This document shows, piece by piece, positions 9,645 to 19,673 of a DNA stretch of 64,000 bases (positions within the stretch are counted from its first letter, which is position 1; every line of letters begins with the position of its first letter). The notes under the pieces are model-generated. The model was not told the DNA's origin. It did not search any database and saw nothing but the letters and a program-made list of their open reading frames with translations. Location of the stretch: positions 416,001 to 480,000 of the forward strand of contig CAXXTU010000002.1 in assembly GCA_963662655.2 (NCBI GenBank), read 5' to 3'. The position numbers were made by a program, and so were the translations under genes. Source of the DNA: Candidatus Cloacimonadales bacterium (GTDB lineage: Bacteria; Cloacimonadota; Cloacimonadia; Cloacimonadales; JAIOQZ01).

Positions 9645-11228
9645 ATGAAATACCTATACATAGCCATTTTGCTCACCATGTGCGCACTGCTATCCGCCGA
9701 TAACCAGCTCGATGTGGTGTGGCAAATGCAAGGCGAGCAATTAGGAGACCACTATGGTAAATGGGTTACCGCCCTTGATTTTAATGGCGACGGTATTGAC
9801 GACCTTGCTGTTTCTGCGAGTAAATTTCATCCAGACGCAAATTATCCTGAATACAAAGGGAAACTTTACATCTATTTTGGCTCGGATGAAGGTTTACCGG
9901 ATACTCCAAGCTTAGCAGCTACAGTTGAAGCCGATACAACCATGGACCTCCTTTCCTCATTGTATGCTATCGTTAACCTCGGCGACATGAATAATGATGG
10001 CTGTGAGGATATTGGTTATAAAAATGGAAGTAGATGGCACGACCAATCAGGATCTCATACTTCAGTTAACCCCCATATTCTTTTGGGTGGAGGGGCAATA
10101 AATATAGATGAAGCTGTAAGTTATGAAGGTGGGTCAAATACTGACATCTCTCCACTCGGCGACATCAACGAAGACGGCTACGATGACGCGGGGATAACGG
10201 AAGAGATTTGGGATCATCTCACCTATTCCATCGTATATGGTGGTAGCTTCGAGAAGGTGACCTTCGTAGACGGAATTTATACCCGCAATCAAAAAGGATT
10301 CCGTGGCCTGGGCGACGTAAACGGTGATGGATTTGATGACTTCTGCTACATTTTCGAAGACGATCCATATAACGGCCAATTACACTATCACAATTACTTT
10401 TTCTTTGGTAACGCCATCCAGGACACCATCCCTGACTATCGTTTTAATCTGGATACTACCTTGAACATGCTGTTTGAACTGAATCCAGCAGGCGACTGGA
10501 ATGGTGATGGTTACGATGATTTTGTGCTTTCAGGCTATGATGTTGATGAGAATAATGATGCGCTGGGCTGCAGATTTTGGCGCGGAGGCGAAGCCATTCA
10601 CTGGGATTGGTACGGTTACATGAGACATTTCGCCTATTTTAACCCTTCCTTTGGCGATCTGAATGGTGATGGAAAAGGCGACTTGGTCGACCCCTATATC
10701 CTGCCAACGGGCCAGGGCGGATATCTCTACATATATATTGGCGACCAAAACGGAACATGGGATTATAATAGATATACCGGTGAAGATGGTTATGGAATGA
10801 ATATGTCCCATGCAGTGGGCGACTTCAACAACGACGGCTACGACGATATCGCCATTGGTGCGTATGGACAGATTACGACCGATGATTGGGGCTATGTGTT
10901 TGTTTACGGTGGGCACCCAGACCTCGAGGAAGTGGATATCGATCCGGTAGACGATGAAACCGTACCTCCGGCGGATATCACGTTCAATGCCTACCCGAAT
11001 CCGTTCAATCCGGAGATTTCGTTTGAGATCAAGAGTGATAAACAGTATAAAGATTTGAGGATAGAAATATACAATGTAAAAGGACAGAAAATAGATACGA
11101 TCGCGGTCGATCATGCCGGTGAAACCGTGACCTGGAAACCAAAAGACAAAGCCAGCGGGGTTTATACCTGCAAGCTAGCGGCACAAGGAAAGGAGCTGGG
11201 CGTCAAAAAGATTACATTGTTGAAGTAA
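9645..11228 (+). CDS. FG-GAP repeat (integrin-alpha-like beta-propeller) secreted protein with T9SS-type C-terminal sorting domain
   Basis: Signal peptide, seven DxNxDGxDD-type Ca-binding repeats, and a C-terminal YPNPFNP...IYNVKGQK...SGVY...KKITLLK tail. Confidence 0.9.
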   Translation: MKYLYIAILLTMCALLSADNQLDVVWQMQGEQLGDHYGKWVTALDFNGDGIDDLAVSASKFHPDANYPEYKGKLYIYFGSDEGLPDTPSLAATVEADTTMDLLSSLYAIVNLGDMNNDGCEDIGYKNGSRWHDQSGSHTSVNPHILLGGGAINIDEAVSYEGGSNTDISPLGDINEDGYDDAGITEEIWDHLTYSIVYGGSFEKVTFVDGIYTRNQKGFRGLGDVNGDGFDDFCYIFEDDPYNGQLHYHNYFFFGNAIQDTIPDYRFNLDTTLNMLFELNPAGDWNGDGYDDFVLSGYDVDENNDALGCRFWRGGEAIHWDWYGYMRHFAYFNPSFGDLNGDGKGDLVDPYILPTGQGGYLYIYIGDQNGTWDYNRYTGEDGYGMNMSHAVGDFNNDGYDDIAIGAYGQITTDDWGYVFVYGGHPDLEEVDIDPVDDETVPPADITFNAYPNPFNPEISFEIKSDKQYKDLRIEIYNVKGQKIDTIAVDHAGETVTWKPKDKASGVYTCKLAAQGKELGVKKITLLK

Positions 11229-11242
11229 TCCCAACAATCCTG

Positions 11243-12481
11243 TCACTTCTCCTCATCGATATCATTGAACACGATCATCGGCGCACCTTCGCTGTAGTTC
11301 TCGAAACGGATGTCGTTGAATTCCCTGAATTTCTCCAGTATCTTCTGGATGCGCGAGAGGGAGTGATTGATCTTCTCGATGTACTTTTTCTGCGCTTCTG
11401 TTATTGAATCGTTCTCGACCGACATGATGAGCATATCAAGGTTTCCGCGCAGGATCATGAGCGGCTGGTTCAGTTCGTGATTGGCAGTCACCGCCATCGC
11501 GAGCGCGGTGTTTCGCTTTTCGAGCTGGACAATCTCCATGTCCTTCTTCAGAACTTCGATCTCGCGCTTCTGTTTATCGCTTTCGAGCAGGTTTTTCAAG
11601 TCCGAGATGCGGGTCGCGCTGCGGATGTTGTATAAATCTTCCGAGACCTCAATGTATTTGACCTGGATTTTATAGGCTTCCTCGAAGTCCCTGTTATGAG
11701 CGGCGATTTTTGCTTTCACGCGGTAGGCGTCTACGAGGCCCTGTTTGTTGTTCAAATCAATCAGGAGCTCGATCGCCTGATCGCAGTACTTCGTGGCATC
11801 AACGGTTTCCCCCGAACCGAGTAGGCTTTCCGCGAGGATCGTCAGCGATTTGGCTTCACCGATTCTGTCGTTGCATCTTCTCCGCAGCACGAGGGACTTG
11901 TTGAAAAAGTCTATGGCTTGCGCGTAGAAACCGCTTTTCTGGTAAATGATGCCGATGTTGTGGGTTACAAGCCCCATCCCCATAGTGTCGTTCATATCCT
12001 CAAGGATGTCCAGCGCTTTCTGATGGTACTCGATCGCCTCTTCGTACTTCTCGACGCGCGAGTAGATGTTGCCCATCTTCGTCAGGCTGCTGGCGATCCC
12101 CTTCATGTCCCCGGTCTGTTCTCGTATTTCGAGTGACCTGCGATAGTATGTCAGCGCGTCTTCGTAGTTGCGTATCGCAGCGTACACCACGCCGATGTTG
12201 GACAGGTTGTTGGCGGTGCAGCTCATTAGCTCGTGCGGTTCGGAAATCTCGAGGCTCTTCAGGAAGTGTTTGATTGCTTTCTCATATTCGTCGGTAGCGT
12301 AGAATCCGATGCCCTTCCACTGATAGGAAAGGGCGAGTAGAACTTCGTCGCCGAGTTCGATGGACAGTTTCAGCGCTTTATGGGCGTATTCAAGCGTTTC
12401 TTTGGGCGACTTGCGACTGTTCTCTTTGGCGAGTCGCAAGAAGGTGCGAATCATTTCGCGCGTGGTTTCCTGATTATCCAT
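11243..12481 (-). CDS. TPR repeat protein with C-terminal HisKA-like (DHp) domain and no HATPase domain
   Basis: MalT-like TPRs (NIGVVY, KMGNIY, NIGIIY) and H-box ANHELNQPL. The ORF ends about 75 aa after the His. Confidence 0.85.
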   Translation of the reverse strand: MDNQETTREMIRTFLRLAKENSRKSPKETLEYAHKALKLSIELGDEVLLALSYQWKGIGFYATDEYEKAIKHFLKSLEISEPHELMSCTANNLSNIGVVYAAIRNYEDALTYYRRSLEIREQTGDMKGIASSLTKMGNIYSRVEKYEEAIEYHQKALDILEDMNDTMGMGLVTHNIGIIYQKSGFYAQAIDFFNKSLVLRRRCNDRIGEAKSLTILAESLLGSGETVDATKYCDQAIELLIDLNNKQGLVDAYRVKAKIAAHNRDFEEAYKIQVKYIEVSEDLYNIRSATRISDLKNLLESDKQKREIEVLKKDMEIVQLEKRNTALAMAVTANHELNQPLMILRGNLDMLIMSVENDSITEAQKKYIEKINHSLSRIQKILEKFREFNDIRFENYSEGAPMIVFNDIDEEK

Positions 12482-12625
12482 AGGCCTGCTTTCCCGATTT
12501 AATAAAGCTTAGAATGCACTTGTTCTGCGTTATCCGTCAATCTTTTTATGTTCGGTCGGCCCGGCAGGCAATCAAAAAGCTTGACGCGTGGTCTGCGATC
12601 AATATGGGTATTTTGAGGTATAATA

Positions 12626-14152
12626 ATGAGAATGAAAATACATATCTTGCTTTTAATCATATCGTTAGTCGCTTCAGTCGTAGCTGAAGCGCTGGAATCC
12701 TCTTCCTGGAACGATGCCGGCGTGGTGTCACAAACCTACACGGAATTTTTGGATTGTCCCGATGCCTGGAAGCAATTGAATACATGCGACTCACTGCGGA
12801 TTCGAGATGGATTCCACAGCTCTGTGCAGTCGTGGGGAAGCTTTTGGGAGGCGTTTGTCCGGTTCCTGAGCAGGCGTGACGACACGACGTTCTTGTCGTA
12901 TCATCCTGAAAAGGATTCCTCGAAATCCACGCTTCCGGTCGGCGACCTTCGTTTTTCTCTGCTCTCTGGCGGTGAGTACCACATAGGGGAAGAGAATGCC
13001 TACAGTATGTTCTGGTACGGGGCGAGCCTGAATTTCAACCTCGGGCCGCGACTGTTCTTCGATTCCGATTGGTGGTTTCTGCGCTATCAGGGCGATCTTG
13101 AGTATGCGGATTCTACTTCGTCGCTAATAAAGGGATTCCGTAAGAACGAAGACGGGAGAATCTACCTCGATAACGTCACCGGTCACATCGATTATTACAG
13201 CGATTACGGAGTTCTTTCGCTGGGGCGCGACACTTATCAAATCGGCGATAACATCTCCGGCAGCGTGATCCTCAGCGATTTCGGGAGCGAGTTTGGGTAT
13301 TTGAGCTGGTACAAGGATTTCGGGCCGGTTTCGCTCAGCTTCCTGCACGGAAGCCTGTTGCCGGATAGCACGAACAACCATGTCTCCTACACTTCAGAGG
13401 ATCGTTACATTGCGCTTCACAAGCTCGATTGGCAGCTGACGGACGACATCAACTGGTTTATGGGCGAGGAGGTCTTGTACGGCAATCGCGCGCCGGATAT
13501 CAGCTACATGATACCGCAGTCGTTTTACCGCATCGGCGAGCACAACGACGGAGATCGCGACAATGTTCTGATCTTCACGGGATTGTCCGCATACACCAGG
13601 AGCGTACTGGGATTCTACATGAACTTCATGCTCGATGAGCTCAGGAAGGATGAGATTTTCGGGGACTGGTGGGGGAACAAATACGCTTTCCAGAGCGGAT
13701 TGGTTAGCAACTTCCACCTCTTTGATAAAGAGGATATGACTCGTGCAGTATTCGAATTTATCGCCGTGCGTCCTTGGATGTACACGCACAAGAAGACGGT
13801 TAACGCCTTTTCGCACGATGGGTCGGCACTCGGATATCCCGAAGGCAGCAACCTGATTTCCTACGCTGTTGAACTGAACGTACCGATTTATGAACGGCTG
13901 CGGCTTGACACCAATGTCCAGTTCATCCGGCAGGGAAGTCTGGGGAACGACTGGGCGATCAACTACAACGACCGCCCCAAGGACACGGCGCGTTGGCTTG
14001 AAGGGGAGCTCTCCGAACGGTGGCGTGCAAAATCGGTCATTACGTGGAAACCGCTGGCGCACCATGCCGTCAAGGCAGGCTTCATTCTGGAAATCGAAAA
14101 CGAAGACACAATCATCAACGAGTACTTCGTGGGGTACCAGGCGTTATACTAG
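12626..14152 (+). CDS. Outer-membrane beta-barrel protein, Wzi/capsule-assembly-like
   Basis: Signal peptide, SVILSD, GDRDN, DE, PWMYTH and LGYPEGSN motifs, and a C-terminal Tyr. Confidence 0.65.
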   Translation: MRMKIHILLLIISLVASVVAEALESSSWNDAGVVSQTYTEFLDCPDAWKQLNTCDSLRIRDGFHSSVQSWGSFWEAFVRFLSRRDDTTFLSYHPEKDSSKSTLPVGDLRFSLLSGGEYHIGEENAYSMFWYGASLNFNLGPRLFFDSDWWFLRYQGDLEYADSTSSLIKGFRKNEDGRIYLDNVTGHIDYYSDYGVLSLGRDTYQIGDNISGSVILSDFGSEFGYLSWYKDFGPVSLSFLHGSLLPDSTNNHVSYTSEDRYIALHKLDWQLTDDINWFMGEEVLYGNRAPDISYMIPQSFYRIGEHNDGDRDNVLIFTGLSAYTRSVLGFYMNFMLDELRKDEIFGDWWGNKYAFQSGLVSNFHLFDKEDMTRAVFEFIAVRPWMYTHKKTVNAFSHDGSALGYPEGSNLISYAVELNVPIYERLRLDTNVQFIRQGSLGNDWAINYNDRPKDTARWLEGELSERWRAKSVITWKPLAHHAVKAGFILEIENEDTIINEYFVGYQALY

Positions 14153-14199
14153 TCCCGCTAGTGAACGGGGCAGACATCTCGGGTGGGCTTGACCGGCTT

Positions 14200-14368
14200 C
14201 GCGCGCGGGGCGGCGTGTTTGCGAAGCAAACGATACGCTTTCAATGCTGTCCGAACCGACAGCATTGAAAGCGTATCAGGAAACCCTGAAAGAATCTCAG
14301 CAAGATTTCAGGATGTAATCATGAAATCTTGCTGAGATGAACGGGTTTCCTACGCCGCCCCGGGCGCG
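14200..14368. repeat. Intergenic four-way-junction palindromic element, copy A
   Basis: Outer stem 14200-14216/14352-14368 encloses three directly abutting hairpins (14217-14231, 14232-14277, 14278-14351). A related copy lies at 29548-29669. Confidence 0.8.
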
Positions 14369-14441
14369 GGAATAGTGCAGAATCCCCTGTTTATAGCAGG
14401 GACAAAGGAAATTAGCATAATCGACATAAGGGAGTAACAAA

Positions 14442-17021
14442 ATGCGGAAAATCATTTTGGCAGTATTGTTTTTGACCTTGATGGCATCACTTCTCAATGC
14501 GCAGGACGGATTGATCGAAAGAATCCGGACGTACGGCGGAAAGAACGCGGATGGATTGATCGCGCTTCTGGATGAAAAGCACGATGAACGCCTCGAAGCG
14601 ATCGAGTTCATCCTGGAAAACTCGTCACCGTTCGATCTGGCGGTTCTGACGCCCGAACTGCTTCTGGAGAACGTTGATTTTGCACTGAAGTCGCGTGAAC
14701 TGCCTTATACGAAGGATATTCCTGGGGACATCTTCAAACACTTCGTGCTTCCCATGCGTATTTCGCAGGAACCGCTCGTGTCTTGGCGCGAGCAGCTCTA
14801 TTCGGAACTCGAACCGCAGGTTCGCGAAGCGGAATCCCTGGAAGAAGCGATGATGATCGTCAGCCTCTGGTGCGCTGAGAACGTGTACTTCGAGCCAACC
14901 TCCGGGCGTGATCAGACGCCACTCACAACGATGAAACGCTTGTTCGGCAGATGCGAAGAGATCATGATCCTCGAAATCGCCGCGGCAAGGAGCGTGGGTA
15001 TCCCCATGCGACCGGTCTCGGCTCCCTACTGGAACTTCATGGATAACAACCACGCCTGGAACGAGATGTGGACGACGGGCGGCTGGAAGTATCTCGGCCC
15101 GAACGGCCCCACAAATAACAGCGCGGACACATGGTACTCGACACGCGCCGGGCGAAGCATCCTGATCCTTTCTCACGCTTTCGGTAAATATGAATCACCT
15201 GAGTTACTTGAGTACGACAGTCACGAATCGCTGTTGAACACCACCTCCACCTACGGAGAGACGATCGACTACACGATTCATGTCTACGATAAAGATCACG
15301 AGCCTGTCGAAGAAGCGGAAATCATTTTCTATGCCCTCTCCTACGGCGGCTTGTTTCCCATGCTCAGTCTTGAAACGGATACAGATGGAATCCTGCGCGT
15401 ATCCCTGGGGCGAGGCTCGAGTTTTTTGACCGCTTCGAAAGACGACCTTCTGGGCTGGACGATGCTCAACAGCTTCGAAAACGGTGAAGAAATCGAAATA
15501 ACGCTCGGTACCGATCACAAGATTGACGGCGAATTCTCCTTTCGCTTTCCGGCTGAGCCCGTTACACAGAGCGAACCAAGCGAACCCATTCTCGAAAACT
15601 GGAAAATGCGCAACGAGCTTTCCAACCTTCGCCGGGAGAAGAAACTGGCAGACCATCGAATGCGCCTGCGCGAATTCCTCATGTTCTTCGATCCGGCTCC
15701 CGAAGCCGATGAATCGGTTGATTCTTACGCAGAGCGACGGGATGATTTCCTCGCCCAGTGCGAGCGTCTCGCCGGTGCGACCGACCAATTCCTTAAGGTT
15801 TATGGCGCGAGTCAATCGGACTCCCTGAAAATAGATGTCCTGAATCACATGATGCTTTCCTGGAACATCAAGGACCTGATCGAAATCCCGGATTCCTCCT
15901 CCCTGCAAAGCATTGTGGAAATCTTCTCGGAAAATCGAGATCGCTACAATGTTCCGGACTCCGTCTGGTTCGAACACGTCGTAGCCCCGATTTTCTCCAG
16001 CAAGCCGGTTCCCGAAGATAATTGGCAACCCGCGTTGTACGATCGGATCAAAACGCTGCATCGCCCCGAGATTATGCAAACGGTCGAGGCACTGCACGAC
16101 TGGATGAACCAGAGCATCGTCTCGGATACGACTCTGACCAATCAATATTTCGCCGGCTCGCTCGAGCCGCTTCAAATATTGGACATGAGATCGATCAGCA
16201 AGAGAAGCCAGATATTCCTGTTCATGTATTCCCTGAAGTATCTCGGCGTGCCTGTCCGGTGGAAAGGCCACCTGGAAGTTTGGAATGGTACAGCCTTCCA
16301 GCAATACGATCTCTTCGAAGAATCGGACAAGCAGACAGAACTCACCCCGCGGACGATTACCGTTAACGTGTTTGCGGACGGCAAGCAGGTGAAAGCGGAA
16401 CCGTTTGGAAACTTCCTGCTTTGCTCGGTTTCCGAGTCCGGCGGCATGTACTACAGCTACTTCGATGAGGAAGCCGACTCCCTGTCTTGCAAGATCACCT
16501 GGTACCCCGAAGCGGAAACAATCTACAATCTCCAGGGGTATGTTCGCAACGAGAATGGCGACGCGCTTCTTGCCATCCGCGATTTGAGCGACGAGACGGA
16601 AACGGATGTTGCCTTGAATCTGAGCGCGCCATCGGACATGTACGATGTCAGCGAGGAGTGGGATGACGATGTCGTGGAGGAGATAATCCGGATCGCGGAA
16701 GACGCTCCGGCTGAAGGCTATCGCATTGTATTCCTCCGGTCGAGAGAAAACACCGAGCCGGAGATCAGAATGCTGCAAGAATTCGAAAGCAAATCGAAAA
16801 TATTGGCAGATAAGGGAATTGGCTTTATTTTATATTCTGAGCAAGGTAACAGGGAAAAAGCCCCTGAGTTTGTGATACATACGAAAAGCAAGAAATTCCT
16901 CAATATCGAAATCTCGGATTATCCGGCACTGTTCCTGGTTAATGACAAAAACCAGATAGTTTTCTCATCCAAAGGCTATCGACTCGGGGTCTCAGATTTA
17001 ATCATTCGCAAGTGTAAGTAG
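14442..17021 (+). CDS. Secreted transglutaminase-like domain protein
   Basis: Signal peptide, HFVLPMRISQE, catalytic-type GRCEE and NHAW motifs, and a C-terminal thioredoxin-like segment. Confidence 0.8.
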   Translation: MRKIILAVLFLTLMASLLNAQDGLIERIRTYGGKNADGLIALLDEKHDERLEAIEFILENSSPFDLAVLTPELLLENVDFALKSRELPYTKDIPGDIFKHFVLPMRISQEPLVSWREQLYSELEPQVREAESLEEAMMIVSLWCAENVYFEPTSGRDQTPLTTMKRLFGRCEEIMILEIAAARSVGIPMRPVSAPYWNFMDNNHAWNEMWTTGGWKYLGPNGPTNNSADTWYSTRAGRSILILSHAFGKYESPELLEYDSHESLLNTTSTYGETIDYTIHVYDKDHEPVEEAEIIFYALSYGGLFPMLSLETDTDGILRVSLGRGSSFLTASKDDLLGWTMLNSFENGEEIEITLGTDHKIDGEFSFRFPAEPVTQSEPSEPILENWKMRNELSNLRREKKLADHRMRLREFLMFFDPAPEADESVDSYAERRDDFLAQCERLAGATDQFLKVYGASQSDSLKIDVLNHMMLSWNIKDLIEIPDSSSLQSIVEIFSENRDRYNVPDSVWFEHVVAPIFSSKPVPEDNWQPALYDRIKTLHRPEIMQTVEALHDWMNQSIVSDTTLTNQYFAGSLEPLQILDMRSISKRSQIFLFMYSLKYLGVPVRWKGHLEVWNGTAFQQYDLFEESDKQTELTPRTITVNVFADGKQVKAEPFGNFLLCSVSESGGMYYSYFDEEADSLSCKITWYPEAETIYNLQGYVRNENGDALLAIRDLSDETETDVALNLSAPSDMYDVSEEWDDDVVEEIIRIAEDAPAEGYRIVFLRSRENTEPEIRMLQEFESKSKILADKGIGFILYSEQGNREKAPEFVIHTKSKKFLNIEISDYPALFLVNDKNQIVFSSKGYRLGVSDLIIRKCK

Positions 17022-17055
17022 GAAACATAACGAATTCTGCCCAAAGGATTGTAAA

Positions 17056-19563
17056 ATGGTACCTTTTACGCAGGGTGTTGAGGACACGATCGGATTGTTC
17101 GAAAAAGGACCGGTGATCCTTTTTCAATGGAAAAACGCTCCCGGTTGGCCTGTCGAGTACGTGAGCGCGAATGTGTACAACCTTCTTGGTTACAGCCCCG
17201 AAGACTTCATGTCGGGAAAGGTTGTCTACAGCAGTCTGATTCATGGAGCGGATGTATCGCGAGTCTCGGGCGAGGTTTCCGATCACTCTGAGAAGATGGA
17301 CGAGCATTACGAGCACGTACCGTATCGACTGAGAAGAAAGAGTGGTGAATACATTTGGGTTTTGGATCACAGCCGCCTGATTATCGATGCTGAAGGAAAA
17401 ATCGCCAGCTACTTCGGTTACCTGATCGATATCACCGATCACCAGAATATGGTGATCAATCTCAAAAACATGAAGGAAGACCTTGAGAAGTATGTCGAGC
17501 GCCGAACCCATGACCTGAAACAAGCGAACTCCAACCTCGAGATAGAAATCCACAACCACTCTCTTGCTGAAAAAGCGCTGCAAGATTCCATTCGCCGGTT
17601 CGAATTCATCATCAACCAGACTCCCATGATCGCCATGCAGGGTTTTGATCAGGGAGGTTATATTTCATACTGGAACAAAACCAGCGAGACGCTTTACGGG
17701 ATATCGTCCGACGATGCACAGGGCTTGCGGATTCAAGACATCATTTCCGCCGGCATCGATCGTAACTCGTTTCTGGATACGCTCGATGAGCTTGCCGAGA
17801 GCAAGCAACCTACCGTAGCTCAATACATCGAGATCACCAGAGAGAAAAACGAGATTCGCAATCTCTACACGATAATATACCCTATCATCGATCAAGGCGA
17901 AGTAACCGAGTTCTTCAAAATGGATATCGATATCACCGAGCAAAACAAATACCAGAGCGAGATCAAAAAGGTTAACGTGTTTCTCGATTCCATCATGAAC
18001 ACCATCGCCGACCCAATCTTCGTAAAAGACTCTCACCACAAATGGGTGTTGCTGAACGACGCGTTTTGCAAATTCATGGGTCTGGAACGCTCTGAACTGA
18101 TAGGTAAAAGCGATTACGATTTCTTCCCGAAGGAAGAGGCGGACGTCTTTTGGGAGATCGACAACAAGGTTTATCAAACGGGCGAACCGATTGTGAACGT
18201 TGAGGACTTCACCGATTCATTGAACAATCTCCACGTGATCTCCACCAAGAAAACGCTCTTCAAGGATACTGTCACGGGCGAGAAGATACTCGTGGGTATC
18301 ATCCGAGATATCACCGAATTCAAACGCCTGGAACTCGAACTTTCCAAACACCGCGACGAAATGATGCAACTGGTCGAGGAGAAAACAGCCGATCTCAAGC
18401 GCATCAATGAAGAGCTCCGCAAAGAGGTTGATGAGCGCATACACTCCGAAAAGATTGCATCTGAGGAGACCGAGAAGCTCAAGGCAGTTCTCGAGAACTC
18501 GATCATCGGTGTATTCATTACAGACCGGGAAGGTAGTTATCAGTATATCAATCGCAGGGCGAAATCGTTGTTTGGCTATTCTGTAGCGGAGTTGAAGAAG
18601 AAGAGCTTCTTCGATCTTACCTTCAAGGATGATCTTGAAGATTCCCGGAAGAAGTACAAGATGATGCAGGATGGCAAGATCAGGAACTTCAATCTTGAAA
18701 AGCGCTATGTTCGCAAGGATGGCACGGTTTTCTGGGGAGAAGTCTATATCTCGGCGGTTCACGATGAAAACGGTGAAATTCTGTCGATCATCAAGTTGAT
18801 CCGTGACATTGACAGGAAGAAGATGAACGAGATGAAAATCATCGAGCACGATCGTTTCCTGGAGAACCTTCTCGACAGCATTCCCATCCCCGTGTATTAT
18901 TATGACCAGGATGGGAAATTCATCGGCTGCAACAGCGCTTTCGAGCAGTTTACGAACATCAAACGCAAGGCATGTGTTGATCAGAAAATCGATGCCTTCC
19001 ATTTTCCTGAGACGCAACTTCCACTCGATAAGTCCAAGGACAGGAAAGGCAAAGCGAAATCGACTCCCATTGAAACAAGCATGGTTGACAGTGATGGCGT
19101 GTTGAGACACCTGATTCTTTGCAGGCGACGTTTTACGGATCGTGAAGACAATCCGGCCGGCGTCATTGCGACGATGATGGACATCACCGAGCGCAAAGAG
19201 GCCGAAGAGAAACTGCAAACCTCGTATCAGGAGCTCAAGGAAGCACAGAAAAGCATCCGCGACCTCGAAAGACGCACGACAGCGCTGGCGATGGCCGCGA
19301 CGGCCAATCACGAGATTAATCAGCCGTTGATGGTCATACAGGGGAACCTCGACTTGATCAAGATTAAGTTGAATGAAGAATCGGATGCAAAGCGCTCGAA
19401 CGGCGAATTGAAAAAGATGCTTGGCCCGTACCTCGACAGGATTGAGGACTCGATGAAGGTGATCACGGGCATTCTCACGAAGTTCAGCGAATCCACCAAT
19501 GTTTACATCGACACCTACGACGACGATTCCGATATGATCGTGTTCGAGGGCAAGAAAGAGTAA
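17056..19563 (+). CDS. Multi-PAS (about 5) sensor protein with C-terminal HisKA-like domain and no HATPase domain
   Basis: Repeated PAS/PAC units ending DIT/DID and H-box ANHEINQPL. No N, G1, F or G2 boxes occur before the stop. Confidence 0.85.
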   Translation: MVPFTQGVEDTIGLFEKGPVILFQWKNAPGWPVEYVSANVYNLLGYSPEDFMSGKVVYSSLIHGADVSRVSGEVSDHSEKMDEHYEHVPYRLRRKSGEYIWVLDHSRLIIDAEGKIASYFGYLIDITDHQNMVINLKNMKEDLEKYVERRTHDLKQANSNLEIEIHNHSLAEKALQDSIRRFEFIINQTPMIAMQGFDQGGYISYWNKTSETLYGISSDDAQGLRIQDIISAGIDRNSFLDTLDELAESKQPTVAQYIEITREKNEIRNLYTIIYPIIDQGEVTEFFKMDIDITEQNKYQSEIKKVNVFLDSIMNTIADPIFVKDSHHKWVLLNDAFCKFMGLERSELIGKSDYDFFPKEEADVFWEIDNKVYQTGEPIVNVEDFTDSLNNLHVISTKKTLFKDTVTGEKILVGIIRDITEFKRLELELSKHRDEMMQLVEEKTADLKRINEELRKEVDERIHSEKIASEETEKLKAVLENSIIGVFITDREGSYQYINRRAKSLFGYSVAELKKKSFFDLTFKDDLEDSRKKYKMMQDGKIRNFNLEKRYVRKDGTVFWGEVYISAVHDENGEILSIIKLIRDIDRKKMNEMKIIEHDRFLENLLDSIPIPVYYYDQDGKFIGCNSAFEQFTNIKRKACVDQKIDAFHFPETQLPLDKSKDRKGKAKSTPIETSMVDSDGVLRHLILCRRRFTDREDNPAGVIATMMDITERKEAEEKLQTSYQELKEAQKSIRDLERRTTALAMAATANHEINQPLMVIQGNLDLIKIKLNEESDAKRSNGELKKMLGPYLDRIEDSMKVITGILTKFSESTNVYIDTYDDDSDMIVFEGKKE

Positions 19564-19647
19564 TTATTTACAGATATCTTTCAAACCTGGTGGATGCATC
19601 CTCAGCCCTTCCTTCGTGTCCCCTTGAGCCTACTTCAATGTTCAATT

Positions 19648-19673
19648 TATCACCCTGAGCGGAGTCGAAGGGT
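19648..19673 (+). repeat. Single arm of a REP-like repeat (same family as 32159-32227)
   Basis: TATCACCCTGAGCGGAGTCGAAGGGT matches TGTCATCCTGAGCGGAGTCGAAGGAT at 23/26 positions. Confidence 0.7.
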
